Assembly: GCF_006345805.1 (NCBI RefSeq)
Contig: NC_042998.1
Span: 35,526,001 to 35,590,000, forward strand
Length of the DNA stretch: 64,000 nucleotides
Direction of reading: 5' to 3'
From: Octopus sinensis
Taxonomy: Eukaryota
A program made the position numbers and the translations under genes. Below are positions 1 to 13,130 of this stretch, one piece after another. Within the stretch, counting starts at the first letter, position 1, and every line of letters begins with the position of its first letter. A model generated the notes under the pieces. It searched no databases. It saw only the letters and a list, made by a program, of their open reading frames with translations, and was not told where the DNA came from.

Positions 1-211
1 GCTTTCATCTCGTTCGTTTCCGAGACTCGTCAGGTATGATTTCTTACAGAAAATTTCATGCTTTTTATAGAAATCTGGAAGACGATATTCTTTTGATATC
101 TATATGCATGTATGTATGCTTGCACACACATATATACTAGCTTACGGAGGAAAAAAATCGCCAACGGTACACACGCCGTCACATTTTGACATATATATAT
201 ATATATATATA

Positions 212-596
212 CTAGCAGTATCGCCCGGCGTTGCTCAGGTTTGTAAGGGAAATAACTATAAAGCATTTTTAGAGAGTTATAGCCAAAAAATAGCAAAAAA
301 ATGGGAAAAAAATGATGGTAAATTTTTTTTTGAGAGTAATAAAAGGTTGAGTTGCGTCCCCTAGACAGTCTGTGGTTTGTTTTTTTTTATTCTCGACCCC
401 ATGTCGAATTTATCGATTTTTTTCAGAACTGGGGGAACTTTTCAAAATTTTCGCTGCGTTAGTTTTGAATTATGACATTGGGCTATGTGTGTGTCAAGTT
501 TCATCAGAATCGGTTGAAAGCCGTGGTCAGGGTGAGGGTACGAGAAAACAGACACACAGAAACACGCACAGACAAACTGCCGTTTATATAGAGAGA
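212..596 (-). mobile_element. Non-autonomous Helitron-like element
   Basis: On the minus strand it starts TC(TCTCTATATA) and ends with a hairpin (cctgagcaacgccggg) followed by CTAG. The same 3' end occurs at 36172 and 55153. Confidence 0.6.
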
Positions 597-786
597 TATA
601 TATATATATATATATGGGTGCATACATATTTGCTTGTATCTATCTGCGCATGTATGTGTCTGTGGTGAATTTTCGGAGACTTGGTTAGAAAGAAAGATAT
701 CTGAGATGTCTTTCTCTTTCTTTCTTGTCTTTCTTCCCTCTAACCAATCCCTTAAAAATTCAACACGCACATACATACGCATGCAC

Positions 787-824
<38 letters not shown>

Positions 825-2238
825 TTAAAACAATAAGCAAATCAAAATTGATATCTTGGAATGTAATTAACCTCAAACAACTGTGAAACTGGCCATAAAA
901 ATACAATAAAAGCCATCTCAGACCCCTTCCTCCTCCACTCTCCTTTTTTCCTTCCATTCTTTTTTCTTTCTCCCCTTCTTTTTCTAACAAGCGTCCGAAA
1001 TTCACCACACAATCACATGCATACGTACACATACACATATGCACAAACGCTTCCTTCTTTCCTGAGCGTCCAGTAATACTATACTTGTTCCACGTCCTTG
1101 CGTTGTTGTGTTTTCTCTTTGTGTTTTCATGTTTGGATTAACTATATATATATATATATACATACATATATATACACACACACATATATATAGTGAGCAA
1201 AATAACATTATTTTCCAGATTTATATAAAAGGCATAATATTGTCTGTAAAACTTTATATATCTGACGAACAAAACGCTCCCCCCCCCCCGTCCAATGGAC
1301 GGTGCTGAGTTGTCAAACATTTAAACCAAATTTTCTCAAAACAACTAGTCCGACCGTCCCATAGGCCTCTCCTTTGAGAAACACTGATTTAACATTAATT
1401 TGAGACACCAGCAAAAGAAGAAATAAAGATAGACTTTTTTTTCTATTCCAAAGAATGCTATGTCGATCGCATTCTCACCTGGAATCGATTTTTGTAATTT
1501 TTTTCAAAACTTATATACGCTCTGATACCGTCGGTATCTACATATCAAATTTGAGCGCAATCGGATGGAGGATGCCCGAGATCCTAGAAGACACACACAC
1601 ACAGATAGACAGACAGAACGGATTTTATATTAGAGATGAGTCTCAGAAGCGAACAAGATGAAAGCGCTAATAAATAAATAATTATCCCAAATTCTGACTA
1701 CCTTTTTTCTTAATATACAAACTCTGTACACGACTTCAAATAATCTATACATACACACACGCGCACATATATACACACACAACAGGCTTCTTTTCTGTTT
1801 CTGTCAACCAGATCCATTCATAAGACTTTGGTCAGCTCGAGGCTATAGTAGAAGATACTTGAAGATGGCAGGCAGTGGGACTGAACCTGGAACCATTTGG
1901 TTGGGAAGCAAACCTCTTACCACCCAGCCACGCCTGCGCATACTCGTATACTATTTGCTGAGGTACTGTGGTGCTATGAACGACCACATACAGCGTTCTA
2001 ATTATTCTCTAGCCCTCGGTAAGTCCACATAGAACAAACCTATAATAAAAGCATTCCTGCCATGACCACTGCGTTTTTTTGTGTGAATATACAGGGATAC
2101 GGGATTACATTATCCAACGTATCCTTTTATAAGATGGTAAGGTGTTATTTGAGGGAGGTTTAGCTGCTGTTACTAGCATGCAAAGTGACCACATTTAGAC
2201 TCGTTCGTGCGGCTTTATAGAGTAGACATTCAAAAAGT

Positions 2239-2562
2239 GACCGCATGTGGCTGAGTGGTTAGGGTATTTGGCTCACGATAGTAAGGCCGTGGGTTCGATT
2301 CCTGGCAGCACGTTGTGTCCTTGAACAAGACACTTTATTTCACCTGGCTCCAATCTTCTCAGCTGACAAAAATGAGTTGTACCTGTAATTCAATGGGCCA
2401 GCTTTGTTACATTTCTGTGTCATGCTGATCCTCCCTGAGAAATGACAAGGGTATGCTTGTCTGTGGAGTACTCAGCCACTTGCACGTTAATTTCACACGC
2501 AGGCTGTTCCGTTCGGCAGATAAACTGGGAACTCTTGTCGTCGTAACCGACGGAGTGCCAAA
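2239..2562 (+). mobile_element. tRNA-derived SINE
   Basis: A box tggctgagtgg and B box gggttcgattc, then body ttgtgtccttgaacaagacacttta. A related body lies on the minus strand at 42775-42950. Confidence 0.7.
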
Positions 2563-2916
2563 ATGCCAGAAGGTTAAGTATAAAAAGCTGAATGGTTTCG
2601 GTGAAAAGCGAAGTTGTTACCTGCGATGATTAATGATCAGTTTTAAATATAAATTTACTACTTAACACCTGAAGCAGTTTTACCACAAAACAATGAATTG
2701 AACGATATTTGATTTCTACTATTGAACTAAAAAGAAAAAAAAAATTGAATTGAAAAATGTTAAGTTTAAAATAGAATTTAAAACCCGGTAGCATTTTTAA
2801 ACTAACAAAACCAACTGAATTAATACATTTTCTTTGTAACGTAACGTGAGATACTACTCATACACACGGCGGGGGGAGGGTGGGGGAATACAGGCCAGAC
2901 CGAAACCAATTAAACT

Positions 2917-2957
<41 letters not shown>

Positions 2958-3118
2958 TACGCGCGCATACCCGCACACTACAGAGTAAGTAAACAAGAAT
3001 ATACAGGTGTGTGTGTGTATGGATATATATCTATCTTTGTATATGTATACACATGTTCACACACAGATGGATAGAAAGATAGATAAACTTAGCCACTTTA
3101 CATTTGTACCATTAATGG

Positions 3119-3164
<46 letters not shown>

Positions 3165-3328
3165 TACACACACACACAAACACACAATATATATGGTGAG
3201 CGCATGTGTATGTACCCTGATTGGTACAAATGAAAAGAGACTGAAAATTGAAAGAGGAATAATTTTATAAGCGGCAGAGCGAAACTCGGAGCAAACAACT
3301 CTTGAAAACCCTGTTCATCCACTGTTTA

Positions 3329-3520
3329 TACACATACATATATATAATGTGTGTGTAGTGCATACATACATACATATAAATATACATATATATATATATA
3401 TATACATACGTGTATATATGTATGTTTATATGCAAATATGCACTATATATATACAATATATATATATATATATACATGTGTATATATGTATGTTTATATG
3501 CAAATATGCACTATATATAT

Positions 3521-3564
<44 letters not shown>

Positions 3565-3837
3565 CGTGTGTATATATGTATGTTTATATGCAAATATGCA
3601 CTATATATATACAATATATATATATATATACATACGTGTGTATATATGTATGTTTATATGCAAATATGCACTATATATATACAATATATATATATATACA
3701 TACGTGTGTATATATGTATGTTTATATGCAAATATGCACTATATATATACAATAATATATATATATATATATACATGTGTGTAAGTATCTACCTATATGT
3801 ATGTGTGTACATATATGCATAAATACATGTGCATATA

Positions 3838-3894
<57 letters not shown>

Positions 3895-3913
3895 ACATAT
3901 ATGCATAAATACA

Positions 3914-3952
<39 letters not shown>

Positions 3953-3960
3953 CATACACA
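3329..3960. repeat. AT/CA microsatellite field containing a ~65-90-bp higher-order minisatellite (5 units)
   Basis: Five copies of tatatgtatgtttatatgcaaatatgcactatatatatacaat(at)n between about 3410 and 3775. Confidence 0.9.
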
Positions 3961-5039
3961 TACACACGAGCATTAAAAAAGCGCAAATGCCTTTACTTTT
4001 GTCACATATTGAATGGCCGAGCAGGAGTTCGCTAAACACTATTCAGCAATCAGTTTTTCAATTAATGTTTCTTTGTCAAACGTTCGAAACGTGTTTAAAA
4101 ACTTCACTGCTACCTTTTCAATCATTTTTCTTCAACTACTTTTCTTTAAACGGCAAAAAAAAAAAGGAATCAGCGTCTTTTTTTTCCACTTGGTTTTCAT
4201 TCTTTATGGTTTTGGATTTCTTCCTCATTATTTCGACAAAAATCTCCATTTATTCCAGTAATTACTTTGTGTGCATTGATTCCCTAATCGGATGGTAGAA
4301 CCTTGTATACATGGGGTATATACAGTATTTATTATTATTACCATATATATATATGTGTGAGACTGTGTACGTATATATATACACACATACACACACACAC
4401 ACAAGTACGGACATGCACACGCATGCACAGTGAATTCTTTTGTGTATGTGTATGGCGTAAAATATATGTGTGTGTGTAATTTGTGTTTGTGAGTGTATAT
4501 CTATGCGCCGTGTAGTATATATGTATGTAATTGTTCGATGTGTGCATGTGTGTGTTTAATGTGGGTAACGTAATATATTAGTATGTTAATTGTGTCTTGC
4601 GTGTATATATATATGTTTGACGTAAATATATCTCCGTTCGTGTGTGTACGTTAAGGTGATCTCTCGTCCAGTCGAGTACTGGAGTTGATATAATCGACTG
4701 CCCCTTTGATATACGTCACCTGTAATGCGCAACTGACATATACCGAGGAAGACCAATGAGTACATATTTTATTTTTTACTTTTATTCTTTTTCTGTTTCC
4801 TGTCACAAGACTGCAACCACGTTGTGGCATCGTTTTCAAAGAGTTAGTCGGTTATAACGAATTCAGTCTGATGCTTTATACGCAACATAAACAAGCAACA
4901 CCCGGTATTAAGCAGGGTAAACATAAGCACCTATGCGGGGACACACACAAACGCATTCATGCGCATACGCACTCACACATCCACACAGATAAATCCCCTT
5001 CATTTACCTTTAATGAAAGCAGCCTTGACCAGAAGCTAT

Positions 5040-5330
5040 TGCCCCGAGCATTCTCCAACCCGACTGAACTAAGGCTCCTCTACAGCCAACCTCGACTGGG
5101 AATAACAATGTCTGCCAACCATTCTCCTTGCAATCTTTCAAAAGCTTTTGGTGTTTAGCACTTTTCCATTCGAAGGTTTATTTGCACTGTTCTCACTGGG
5201 GCTGTAAATTTCGTTCTGTGTTCTCTTCTTCGCCTCCTCAGACCTCAGAACTATGTCCGGCTTCGGGATGGATGTAGTTCTGTGATTTAAGGAGGTGAAG
5301 AACGACCTGGGAAATTTACTCGTCTAGCTT
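5040..5330 (-). pseudogene. Degraded C-terminal restriction-like endonuclease fragment of an R2/NeSL/HERO-type non-LTR retrotransposon
   Basis: The minus strand encodes KPDIVLRSEEAKK and, after a frameshift, LLKDCKENGWQTLLFPVEVGCRGA, matching the RPDIV...GW......VEVGCRG pattern of RLE elements. Confidence 0.65.
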
Positions 5331-5431
5331 CATATCTCTTAACTGGGTCTTTGTTAGTCTGTGGAGGTGTGTAGCTTCGTAGTTAGGGTATCCAGCTCAT
5401 GATCATAAGGCCCTTTGAAATACAAAATACT

Positions 5432-5650
5432 TTCATTATTTACATTTGACGAATATTTGTCCTCGCCTTGTTTGTTGTTAACACAACGTTTCGGCTGATA
5501 TACTCTCCAGCCTTCATCAGGTGTCTTGGGGAAATTTCGAACCTGGGTTCTCATTCTTAAGGTATTTTTTCGATGTTATTGTTATTCAGGTCACTACTTG
5601 GAATCGAACTCAGAATTTTGGGGTTAGTAGCCCGCACTCTTAACCACTAC
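5432..5650 (-). mobile_element. tRNA-headed SINE carrying a hammerhead ribozyme motif
   Basis: Head gtagtggttaagagtgcgggctactaacccc...gagttcgattc. The body is about 85-90% identical by eye to both arms of 13131-13609. Confidence 0.8.
5480..5525 (-). ncRNA. Minimal type I hammerhead ribozyme motif (Penelope-type)
   Basis: GACAC-CUGAUGA-A-GGCUG(gagaguauau)CAGCC-GAAA-CG-UU-GUGUU. It has the conserved core, a 5-bp stem II, stem I GACAC/GUGUU and a palindromic AACGUU in place of stem III. Confidence 0.7.
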
Positions 5651-5714
5651 TAAATCCACTGATTTATATGTGCGTGTGCATATGTGCATGCATATGTGTG
5701 TGTATGTGTATATA

Positions 5715-6992
5715 CACAGACATGCAGGAAGTAAATAGATACCTTTAATTTTCAAAATCTTTCATTTAATGCGCAAAGCAAACAATTGAAATGTAATCGA
5801 TAAGTAGGACTACATACTTTAGTATTTAGCTGACATTCCCATTGCAGTTTTTAATTCAGAAACCCTTTTTGGCATTGAACTGATGAGCTTTGTGATTGTC
5901 TCTTGTGGAATTTCTGCCCACTTTTCACGCAACAATCGAAACAATTCATCTTTAGATTTAGGTTTCTGTCGAGCTTTTCGTATAGCTCTCTCTAGTATGC
6001 TCCAAAGATTTTCAATTGGGTTCATGTCAGAAGATTGGCTCGACCAAGAAAGCTTTTTGATCCCATTTTCAGTCAACCATTGTTGATTCCTTTTCGTTGT
6101 GTGGCATGGAGCCCCATCTTCCACGAATAAAAACTCATTTTTCATTATGTTATCGTGTGAATACATCGGAAGTAGTCTTTGCTTAAGTATTTCGGTGTAT
6201 TTTTCAGAGTTTATGGTTCCAAAACATTCGATCAGCTCAGAACGACCATTGCTGGTGACAGCTCCCAATACCATTACAGAGATACCGCCATGTTTCACAG
6301 TTGGTTGGAGTCATTTCAAATCAAATTCTTGATTGGGAAGCCTCCAGAACCAAACACGTCCACTGTCTGAAAATAATGCAAATCTGGATTCATCTGAGAA
6401 AATCATTCTATCGCAAAATGAACTGGATTTTTCTGACATCTCCTTAGCCTATTTCTTTCTTTTCCTGATATTAATTGGTTGAAGGAGAGGTTTTCTTCTA
6501 GCTGCTCGTCCATAATACACAAGCTTATGAAGATATGTAACACACGTTCTTGGACTAACTTCTAGCTGTTTTTCAATGTCAGAAGCCTTCGAACGGGGTT
6601 CGTTTTCCACAATTCTCTTCAAACAGCAAAGCGTCCTTTCCGAGGGCCCCAGGTCGGCCGTTACGAGAAACTGTTGATTCTTTTCCTTGACTTTTGAATT
6701 GCCCTATAATTCTATTAACAGTAGCAAGAGGAATTTGAAGATTTTCGGCAATTATTCACTGGCTAAGACCAGCCTCAGATTGCCAAACAATACGACCTCT
6801 TTGAAAATCTGACAGTTCTGCTGAATTTTTTGTGTGTGGCATGGTTACTTTTCGCAAATGTTTAATATAATGGTACCTGGAATGAAAAAGAATAATTACA
6901 TTGTAAATTCTACAATACAGAAAACATATTAAGACGCTTTGATAAGAAATTTTGAAAATTAAAGATGTCTATTTACTTCCTGCATGTCTTTG
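5715..6992 (-). mobile_element. Full-length Tc1-family DNA transposon with disrupted DD34E transposase (ATG ~6842, stop 5819)
   Basis: TIRs CACAGACATGCAGGAAGTAAATAGATACCTTTAATTTTCAAAAT and CAAAGACATGCAGGAAGTAAATAGACATCTTTAATTTTCAAAAT, flanked by TA. Motifs FSDESRF, EDGAPCH and SDMNPIENLW with 34 residues between D and E; stops and frameshifts in the 5' half. Confidence 0.93.
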
Positions 6993-7203
6993 TATATGTA
7001 ATGTACGACGGGCTTCTTTCAGTTTCCGTTTACCAAATCCCCTCGCAAGGCTTTGTCGAGTCGAGACTATTTACATATGTATTTTTATGTCTGTGTTTGC
7101 CACCACCACCACCATCTCTTGACAAACGATGCTGAGTTGTTTACTTCCCCGTAATCTAGCGGTTCGGCAAAAGAGACCGATAGAATAAGTAATAGGTTTA
7201 CAG

Positions 7204-8260
7204 AGTGAAACTTTTCCAAATACTGTTGATCCACATCGTGACACTGTGAGGGATTTGATAAGAAAATTTAGAAACACAGGCTCAGTGGAAGACACAGCAA
7301 GAAGCGATAGGCCTACTGTTCTTTCAGACGAAACACTTTCCGATATTTCTGATAAACTGTTGGCAAGCCCGTCAAGGTCCTTACGCAAATTGTCACAGGA
7401 AACGGAAATCAGCCTAGGAAGCGTTCACACGGCAGTAAAAAAGAAATTAAATTTCTTTCCATACAAAGTGCTGGTCATTCAAGAATTGAAGACTACGGAT
7501 CATGCTAAAAGGCTTCATTATTGTCCTTGGTTCCAAAACTTTGTTGCCGAAAAAGGTATAGAAATGCTGGATGGGTGTTTTTATACCGATGAGGCTTGGT
7601 TTCATCTGTCGGTACACATAAATTCGCAAAACACAAGGTTATGGACCATTGAGAATCCACATGCGACGCATGAGCAACCTCTGCATCCTGAAAATGTTGC
7701 AGTATGGATAGCAATTTCGAGACAGCGTATTGTAGGACCGATGTTTTTTTGAAGACACCATCAACACCGAGAGACATTGCTCAAAGGTTGTCTCTCCATT
7801 TCTAGGCCAACTCACTGAAAGTGAAATTAATAAGGCATACTTTCAGCAAGATGGAGCTACAGCACATACTTTGCGCATCATCATGAGTTTTTCGGTGAAC
7901 GGATTATTTCGAAGGGACTCTGGCCACCAAGATTACCTGAATTAACACCACCAGACTTTTTTTTTCTGGGGAGCAAGTAAAGGATCAGTGTACAAGAATC
8001 GCCCGAAAATCATTAATGAGCTAAAAGACGCAATCCATAACCTTCACACGGTCCATACCGCGTCAGATTCTCCAAGATGTATTTCAAAACATGTGTAGAA
8101 GAGTCAACTTATGCATTAAAAATAAAGGACGACACTTTCAACACCTCTTATAAAGTTTTTTGAAGTCTTGTAAAGTCTAATATATTCTTTTGTAGTCTTA
8201 TACCATCTTATATTTAATTTGCAATATAATACTTACTGCAGAGAGACTTTTTGAACAGTG
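7204..8260 (+). mobile_element. 5'-truncated mariner-like transposon (rosa/maT-type DD-D), pseudogenised transposase
   Basis: ORF 7246-7752 has FYTDEAWFHLS...NSQNTRLW, followed by YFQQDGATAH and WPPRLPELTPPDFFFWG. A probable 3' TIR is ctgcagagagactttttgaacagtgtg; no 5' TIR was seen. Confidence 0.85.
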
Positions 8261-8525
8261 TGTGAGTGTGTGTCTACACATAAATTTGACATGGTCGATT
8301 CTTTCTTGTCTTGGGATTCACGGTCAAACGGCTGGGTGGAATTGCCTGAAAAATTACACAGATGAGTAGATGCTGGGGTTAGTATTTTTTTTCATAGCTC
8401 CCATGGTTACCGATATAATCTACTATAATAATACTCGTGTGTTTATGAATGAGAAAGGAAGGGGTGATGTCATACTTGGTAGTGGGATGATGAAAATTGT
8501 ACGCTGAAAAAATCAATCAGTTTCA

Positions 8526-8593
<68 letters not shown>

Positions 8594-8831
8594 ATGGAAG
8601 TGGAAGGGTTCATCTTTGTTCGCTTAATATTTAGGCTTAGTTTTTGATTTGGTTGGGGGTTTTTTGTTGGTCAGTTATTTTTAGCGTTTTGACAGTAAAA
8701 AGTTGTTCTAAATTTTTTTTAACGTAAGCGTGCCCAAAAAAGTCGACTACTTACACAGCAGGTTTTACAGCCACATCATCCAAACCGACCAGGTGAAACC
8801 GGGCTTAGCTGCTAGTGTGTGTGTATATGTA

Positions 8832-8875
<44 letters not shown>

Positions 8876-8877
<2 letters not shown>

Positions 8878-9651
8878 CTTTTCTTTTTGAACGGCAGTTT
8901 GTAACATAATTTCTAGGTAACTAAAAAGTTTTAAACTTCGTATACTGGTAGAATGTGTTTATAAAACGTTCTCTAGGTTTTATTGAGAAAATTCTATAGT
9001 TTGTAAGATATTTCGTCTGAAAATCCGAGCATTTCGGCAATTTTAACCAATCGATTACCTCCATTGAACTAAAATCATTTGCTGCGTCTAAAACTGAGAC
9101 AACATCCTGTAACTAACCCTAAACCTCCCCCTAACCCTAAATTTTTTTCTTAATTGTTAAATTAATTTGATTGTTACGCGTGTAAAAAAAACCGAAAGCA
9201 ATGGAAAATGATTTAAACAATTAACAAACAAAATAATTCTATAATTTTATACACACGCTTTCCGTACGTATACGAAGAGCGTGTGTTACGGAAAGCGTGT
9301 GTATAAAATTATAGAATTATTTTGTTTGTTAATTGTTTAAATTATTTTCCAATACTTTAGTTTTTTTTACACGCGTAACAATCAAATTAATTTAACAATT
9401 AAGAAAAAAAATTAGGGTTAGGGTTAGTTACAGGATGTTGTCTCAGTTTTAGATGCAGCAAATGATTTTAGCTCAAAAGAGAGCGTAGGATTGGTTAAAA
9501 TTCGAAAAATTAAACTACGTTAAACAAACAAATTACAATTTTCTCAAGAAAGCCAAGAGGAAAAAATGTTGTATTTTGACACATTCTACCAGTATACGAA
9601 GTTTTAAAGTGTTTAGTTAACTAGAAATTGTCTGCCGTTCATAAGGAAAAG

Positions 9652-9653
<2 letters not shown>
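8876..9653. mobile_element. Foldback/MITE-like element, a ~780-bp imperfect palindrome inserted in a (TA)n tract
   Basis: Ends atcttttctttttgaacggcag...ctgccgttcataaggaaaagat; inner arms ~9060-9270 and ~9285-9480 are nearly perfectly complementary. Confidence 0.8.
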
Positions 9654-9683
<30 letters not shown>

Positions 9684-11164
9684 TTTCTTTTGTATACAAA
9701 TAGATGTACAACTGCTACTGCAACTTTAGAGCTCCATGTAGATTACGATGCACGGAGCGAGTGTAGGAGTAATTGTGATAAATACAAGTTTATTTCCTTT
9801 GTTCCTGCGTAGATTCCACCATTGTGGTTGTCTGGAACTCTGCAACATGATGCAATAAAGTATACCCCGGCGATCCGTTGTGGTTAAAGCATTCGTTTGT
9901 ACTACGAACAAGAACAGCAGCGACATTGTCGACATTGGCGGAAGCGACAACAGCGCCGGCAGTAGAGGATGCGGTGGCAACGGCATTTGCAACAGTAGCG
10001 ACGGTAATTAGCCTTGATCAAGATAATCTATGATCAGAGTGTTCCAGCCATGACTGTGTCATCATACTTTCAAACATGACTAGAACTATGTAAATCTTTT
10101 ATACAGAAAGATATTGTGTACAATTTACACACTTTCCGTCTAGGCTTATAGCAACCTTCTTGATTGAAACTTCGATGAAACTTGCAACGGCCTTCAGAAT
10201 TAAAAAACAGAAAAAAGATCCAAGTAGGTTAGAATGTTAATGGTGAAAGCCAGATTAATATTTTCTTTTCTAAAACACACAGATTCCAATGAAAAATGGC
10301 ATTACTATTCACTGGCTTTGATGGAGTACGTGGTAATTGCTAGTCTTCAATTGAGATTATTCTGGGCCTTTCAATAATTCATAAACCTTAATTGGTTTTC
10401 TTTTTTTAAATTTAATTTTTATCTATTCTTTCTATAAATCACTGATATTAATTTATTTATAAAAAAACGCTTATTTATGGTTTTACGCAAGTCTTTCTAA
10501 ATGAACTTATTTTGAGTAATGCGAAATTCTTGCTAACCTTAATCATTTACTAATTTACGTTTTAACGCGAGAGAGAGAGAGGAGGGTGCTATTACGTTAT
10601 GATCCGTCGTCGATTTTTCATGAATATTTCAAGTTCTCTCAAATTTATTTATATTTATGCATTGCATCAGTCTAAAATCTACGAAAGAATGACACCACAA
10701 ATACCACCACGCCACTCCACTCTCAGTAAACCGAGCCAACGAGAAAGCTTCTATGTGGTTGCAAAAACAAACTGAAATCGCAACCACATTTCCCTCAAGC
10801 TTCATTCTGCTGTCTTAAATGAACACAGAAAGAGGGCTGGCCATAAGTCTCCTCAATCCGGCCGGACTTGGGGATAAATGTCATCAGTACCATTCCTCGG
10901 TCATCGGAAATTATTTAGTTGTGTCTATAAAATATCCAGTCACTACATCTAACAGTAACAGCCTAAGAAAAAATGAAATATATTTACAAACAGGCTTCTA
11001 AACCGAATGCTTATTTGTTGGGTGAACACACTTGTTTCTAACTTAAATTTATGATATATTCATGCTGTTACAACCCAGCTTTCGGTCATAAGTAGTTATA
11101 GCTCTCTTTAATTATTAATTTTGAGTCATTTATCCAATAATCTTTTCTACTATAGGCACAAGGC

Positions 11165-11530
11165 CTGGAATTTGTGGGGAGAGGGATAGTCGACCCCAGT
11201 ACGCAACTGGTACTTAATTTAGCGATCCCGAAAGTCGACCTCGGAGGAATTTGAACACAGAACGTAACGGCAAGCGAAATACCTATTTCTTTACTACCCA
11301 CAAAGGGCTAAACACAGAGGGGACAAACAAGGGCAGACAAACGGATTAAGTCGATTATATCGACCCCAGGGCGTAACTGGTACTTATTTAATCGACCCCG
11401 AAAGGATGAAAGGCAAAGTCGACATCGGCGGAATTTGAACTCAGAAAGTAGTGGCAGACGAAATACGGCTACGCATTTCGCCCGGTGTGCCAACGGTTCT
11501 GCCAGCTTGCCACCTTTGCCAGCTCGCCGT
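11165..11530 (-). mobile_element. Dimeric SINE with gtcgactttgcctttcatcctttcggggtcgat core (probable Meta-domain-type family)
   Basis: The same family recurs at about 15510-15750(+), 47160-47530(-), 49090-49250(+), 53300-53530(-), 57425-57655(-), 60790-60890(+), 61840-62250(+) and 63425-63655(-). The family name is from memory. Confidence 0.75.
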
Positions 11531-13130
11531 TAAGCATTTCGCTCGGCGTGCAGACGTTTCTGCCAACTCGTTTATCCAGTAATGAAGTAGTCCTTGTGTC
11601 CAGTAGACTTAATCACTCGATCACTTCAAGCAGTGTGGCCTCAGTCTTAAGCAAGGCCCACTCTGAAACATTCCAGCCCGGTCACCAGCCCGAAGATGAC
11701 TTGATCCACCTCCGTCACCCACCTGCGCCGTGTGGGGACCGGTATGTCAAAGAATAGGTCAAACGTCTCTACTGCTGCACTTCGTGAAAGGCTACTAAAA
11801 GAGATTCAGATAGCAATTGTACCCCGACCTCGTAAAACTCTCACCAGCAACGACTACCCAGACAGATCCCACAGTAGGAGGGTTGTCACCAAAGTGGTGT
11901 AAAGTTATCATATACGACAACTCGGAAGAAATGCTGCAAAGCAATTTTCCTGCCGTGCCAACGCTTCTGTCTCCTCACTGCCTTATACAACAAACATGGT
12001 TTCAAACGTTGACACAAGGCCAGCAACTTCGGGGGGGATTCATCAATTACATCGACCCCGCCACCCCAGTACTGAGAATATAAAGTCGGAGGAACGTTCT
12101 GAGTTCAAATGCAACCAGGGTAGACTTTGCCTTTCATCCTTTCAGGGTCGATAAAATAAGTACGAGTTGAGTACTGGGGTCGATCTAATCGACTTATCAC
12201 TTACCCCGAAATTGCTGGCCTTGTGCCAAAATTTGAAATCAGTATTAGAATTTAGAGTCCCCACTTATCCATGAAGTGGACGTCATAACTGAAATGTAGA
12301 TGGAATTTATTGATGAAACGGTGCCAGTAAGAAAACCTGTTTATGTGGATGGTAAAGGTGTTGCTTAGCCCTAGGTTTCCTCTGGAACAGCAGACCTGTA
12401 ACCAAAAGAGTTCCAGCAATGATTATCTTCTCTTTTTAACATTGTAGAATGGTATTTCAGAAAGGTTTAGCTGGTATTTCTAGCTGTTCCAGTGGCCGCA
12501 TAGATTACTTCGTTGGCTCCTCTCTGCTTGGTTTTAACTGATTCAGCTTCAAAGTATTCGCATACAATGGTAGAATATTCTTCCAAGAATATTACTAGCG
12601 CAATGGAACTTTACAACATACGATTAATCGTTTCCTAGATTCTTTGCCAGGAACCGAAATTCTAGCCTAGATTTTTCTACAACATCCTTTCCATTGTTCT
12701 CGGCATTAGCACTTAGAAATTTATAAGGGTTAACTGTCAAACTTTGATAAGTTCTATTGCTGAAGTGAACATTCTTGGGTTAAATGCAGGTTAACATAGA
12801 TAAGCTAATCTATTTCCCATTGTTCTCCCACCTCCATTTAGCTTTCCACCATGTATAAATACGATTCCTCTTGGAATAATAAGGAACGGTCGTTTTAGCT
12901 TTCAGATGCCGCACGTCATTATATTATAGCAAACAATCTCTTCCTAACATCCACAACAGACGCAATTGTTACCAAAGGTGCGCGAGCTTTGCCATTGTTA
13001 TTTTATCCTCATTACTGTAAAACAGCGGATTGCTACAGCCTTTCCTATCCTGGCCCCAACATCGAATTCACAAGAAAAAAGATCTTACAGTTCTATATTT
13101 AAGAGATGGGGAATTATGTACATTGTTAAC

